Assembly (NCBI GenBank): GCA_002189035.1
Contig: NEEC01000010.1
Location: forward strand, 3,224,001 to 3,288,000
Reading direction: 5' to 3'
DNA from: Utricularia gibba
Taxonomy: Eukaryota > Plantae > Magnoliophyta
DNA length: 64,000 bases
Part shown: positions 60,763 to 64,000 of the stretch, in pieces
Layout: the number at the start of each line of letters is the position of its first letter
Numbering within the stretch: the stretch's first letter is position 1
The notes under the pieces: generated by a model
What the model was told of the DNA's origin: nothing
What the model saw: only the letters and a program-made list of their open reading frames with translations
Database searches by the model: none
Program-made: the position numbers and the translations under genes

Positions 60763-63477
60763 ATGAGGAAACTGCTGACTGCGGCAACTCCGGCTGGCTC
60801 ACTAATGGCAGTGAGGTTGATTTTCACGAAGAAGGGGCCTCTTCTTGGCGGATTAATTTCAGGGAGATTTGGAGCATTCTGCGGACTCTCGCCTCTGAGG
60901 AGATGCATAATGGCTGCTTCAACCTCCTCTGCTGCTGCTTCTGACAGCCAGGACCTCAGTGAATTTACACAGTTCATGGACAAACTCAAAAATTACGAGA
61001 AAATTGGGGTTCCTAAGGGCGCGGGTACTGATTCGGATTCTGGTTTTGATCTCGGTAGGATGAGGAGAATGTTGCGAAATCTGGGGAATCCTCAAGTCCA
61101 GTTCAAGGTGTATGCTTTATCTGCTGTTGATGATCTCCATGTGGGGATTCGTTTTTTCTTCTTATCAAAGGGGAACTGTTGGACAATTTTCCTAGAAAAA
61201 TCAGTCCACATGCACCAAGTTCTGTTCTTTTTTTTCTTTCCTAAGAATGATTTTTTTTCCCTAAACTAATTTAATTCCGAGTTTTGAGCCCTAATGACTG
61301 AAAGTTGATTTCAGTCTATACATATTGCAGGTACCAAAGGTAAGGGATCCACCGCTGCATTTCTTTCAAGCATTTTGCGAGCAGAAGGATACTCTGTTGG
61401 TTGCTATACAAGGTATGTTTGTCATTTTTTCCTTGCGTACCATTAATGTAGCTTGGTTCTGAGGCTGAAATCATAAAAAATAAACACAGTCCACATGTAC
61501 GGACTATCCGAGAGCGTATGGCATTAGGAAGAAGTGGAGAACCGGTGTCCGCAAAGACACTGGGATCTCATTTTTCTAAAATCAAGAGAGAGATTGAAAT
61601 TTCATTGGAGCATGAAGGTTGGAATCTTACTCACTTTGAGGTAAATTTGATGAGAATCAGAGGCAGTAATGTTCTTTAAAGCAGCATTTTTAGCTTGCTT
61701 CTGTACTGTTTACTGTTTTATCGAATAGGTGTTGACTGCTCTGGCGTTCAGCCTATTTGCACAAGAGAATGTTGACTTTGGAGTCATTGAGGTAAATCTT
61801 TCTTTTATAGTCTTCATCATTTTAGCATTAGGTGCAATTATCTATTACATACTGTTGTTTGTGCATCCACCAATGACTGGTACTGTCATCTTTAACCGTT
61901 GTATGTATTCCTCTCTGGGCTGAAGGCTGGATTGGGTGGAGCTCGGGATGCAACAAATGTCTTAAGCAGTGATGATCTGGTAGCATCAATCATTACAAAT
62001 GTAGGTGCAGAGCATCTAGCTGCACTTGGAGGCTCTTTGCACAGCATAGCAGTGGCTAAATCTGGCATAATTAAAGAGGGGCGCCCAGTTTGGTGGTTCT
62101 TCATTCACTATGAGCAGCATGTGCTATTCATACAATGGGAATCATGATGTTTGCTAAATTTTGCAGGTGGTTTTGGGTGGACCATTTCCTACAGACATAG
62201 AGCATATCATCCATCAAAAGGCACTTTCTTTGAATTCTCCTGTCGTATCAGTTTCTGGTCCTGGAAATAGAAGTGCTTTAAAAGGTTTTTCTGGGCCATG
62301 TGATGATCCCCGCCAGTTATGTGATATCCTGTTGCAGATTGAGAGAGACCTTCATTTGGTAATAATCCAAATTGATAGGGTTTCCTCTGTTTCCTTTTCT
62401 TGTATTGTCATGCCAATGCTTTTGATTCTTATTGCTACTTCATTTTCCATCGTGATGTCTAGTTCATAGAGTTGTTTGATGTACCAATCCGCTTGCTGGG
62501 AGTCCACCAGCTCCAAAATGCTGCAACTGCTACTTGTGCTGCTCTTTGCCTTCGTGAGCAAGGTACAAAGAAAAATCTTTCAGCTAGGACTCCATTTTGT
62601 CGAAGCTTGGCAATACTTTCTGAAAACTTCCAGTTTGAAGGACATCTAATACTGTATTTTCTGATAACGATATATCAGGATGGGCATTATCAGATGCATC
62701 CATTCGTGCTGGTCTCGAAAACGCATATTTGCTTGGCAGAAATCAAATTTTGACATCAGAGGAAGTTGAGATGCTTGGACTCGTAGGATCTACAATACTG
62801 CTTGATGGAGGTAATATATGTATATATATAAGGCTGCGAGGCAGTGGATTTCTCACAGAGATAGTAATTCTTTCTTTACTTTCCACCTGCATTTCCAGCA
62901 CATACCAAAGAGTCTGCCGAAGCACTGAGGAACCTGATCCAGTTGGTTTTCCCAGAATCAAGGTTGGTTCTTGTGGTTTCTATGGCTGACGACAAAGATC
63001 ACCTTGGCTTTGCCAATGCCCTGCTTCGAGGTCAAGCATCTCTCTTAAAACATTTAACATCCAATTCATATATGTTCCTAGTGAGAGAGATTCAATGAGA
63101 TGCCCTGTCTAAATTCTCCCTCAGTTGGACGCTTGGACGCTGTCTTTTCCACAGAGGTGCAAATCGCAGGCAGCAGTTCCCGCTCTACACCATCATCGAA
63201 GTTAAAAGATTCTTGGATACGAGCATGTCGAGACGCTGGTGCAAACGTCTACGAGCATAGAAGCAAAAGCTACCAGGGAGTCCCACTAGACAATCAGCAG
63301 TGCGTGCAGGAGGCCAAAATGGATGGGAAATCCATTTTGTTGTCTCGGGGTCCCTTGCTCTACTCAATCCGATGTGGGGCTGCTGTCCTTGCCGCCACAT
63401 CCGGTAAGCACCAGCGTGTGGTTGTGGTCACAGGGTCATTACATATTGTCTCAGCCGTTTTAGGCCTCCTTGAGTGA
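60763..63477 (+). CDS. DHFS: Dihydrofolate synthetase (FolC/FPGS family, organellar)
   Basis: Transit peptide; [28 protein letters not shown]; [11 protein letters not shown]; [10 protein letters not shown]; [12 protein letters not shown]; HQLQNAATA; LLDGAHT; [10 protein letters not shown]. Confidence 0.93.
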
Positions 63478-63727
63478 TAGCTTCTGGAGTCCCCTGAAGT
63501 GGATACACAAGTTGCAATACCATGGAGAAAGCACCATTTTTTCTACTTGTGTCCACTCCCTTTGCAGATGCAAAGGACCAACAATGTACTTATCGCTTAT
63601 TTTTTTACAGTTGTAAACCATATTTGAAGTTCAGCATCTTTACAGGTGAATTATGAGCAAGTTACAACAATGTTCGTATGATGTAAAATCCTCTTACTCC
63701 AACAGGAGAACGAACACAAAACTGACC

Positions 63728-63954
63728 TCAGGATCTGCATCCTAAGTTTGCTCGTCCTTCTTCATTAACAGTCTTGTTCACACACAGTTTTTGGATGTCG
63801 ACATAACCGATTATTGTGTCCTCAAAGTCTGCATCCTCGAGTTGTGCACCTTCGAATGTGGAACCTGAGAGGACAGTGTTCTTAAAAATAGCTCCTTTCA
63901 GATTGGCCTTGGCGAAATCCACACGGTCTAAGACAGCATTCGAGAAGTCTGTGC
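63728..63954 (-). CDS. Last exon of a thylakoid lumenal pentapeptide-repeat protein (TL17-like); the gene continues beyond the window
   Basis: GTDFSNAVLDRVDFAKANLKGAIFKNTVLSGSTFEGAQLEDADFEDTIIGYVDIQKLC..EEGRANLGCRS*; acceptor CAG at 63955-63957. Confidence 0.88.
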
Positions 63955-64000
63955 CTGCATGGAGCACCAATATTCTTCAGGCCCGCCAACACAAATGCAA

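Overview
Plant nuclear DNA from a very compact eudicot genome: 22 intron-containing protein-coding genes in 64 kb (about 2.9 kb per gene, many 65-130 nt introns, head-to-head ATGs as close as ~230 bp). In order: cathepsin B (-), PATRONUS/securin-like (+), GASA/Snakin (-), Mg-chelatase CHLD (+), BEE-type bHLH (+), phenylacetaldehyde-reductase/CCR-like SDR (+), uncharacterised single-pass membrane protein (-), HPAT (+), Cactin (-), ECM29 (-), LTV1 (+), ENODL phytocyanin (-), SnRK1 beta (-), 4CL-like (+), DUF1218 (-), RPL13 (+), ALMT (+), CCDC174-like (-), TMEM120 (+), ZUP1/Mug105-like C78 peptidase (-), DHFS (+), and the 3' end of TL17 (-). I found no rRNA, tRNA, CRISPR array or intact transposon, and no clearly new multi-gene system. 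The best leads are: a 5-nt microexon carrying the oxyanion-hole Gln of cathepsin B; a 4CL-like enzyme with a remodelled substrate pocket; three separate -1 frameshifts, all in C/G homopolymers (probably assembly errors); a U12-like and a GC-AG intron; a perfect 20-bp double G-box palindrome; and an unexplained ~1.1 kb island next to a 116-bp tandem repeat. Gene models were built by eye from ORFs and GT/AG sites. Family calls rest on recalled motifs, not database searches.
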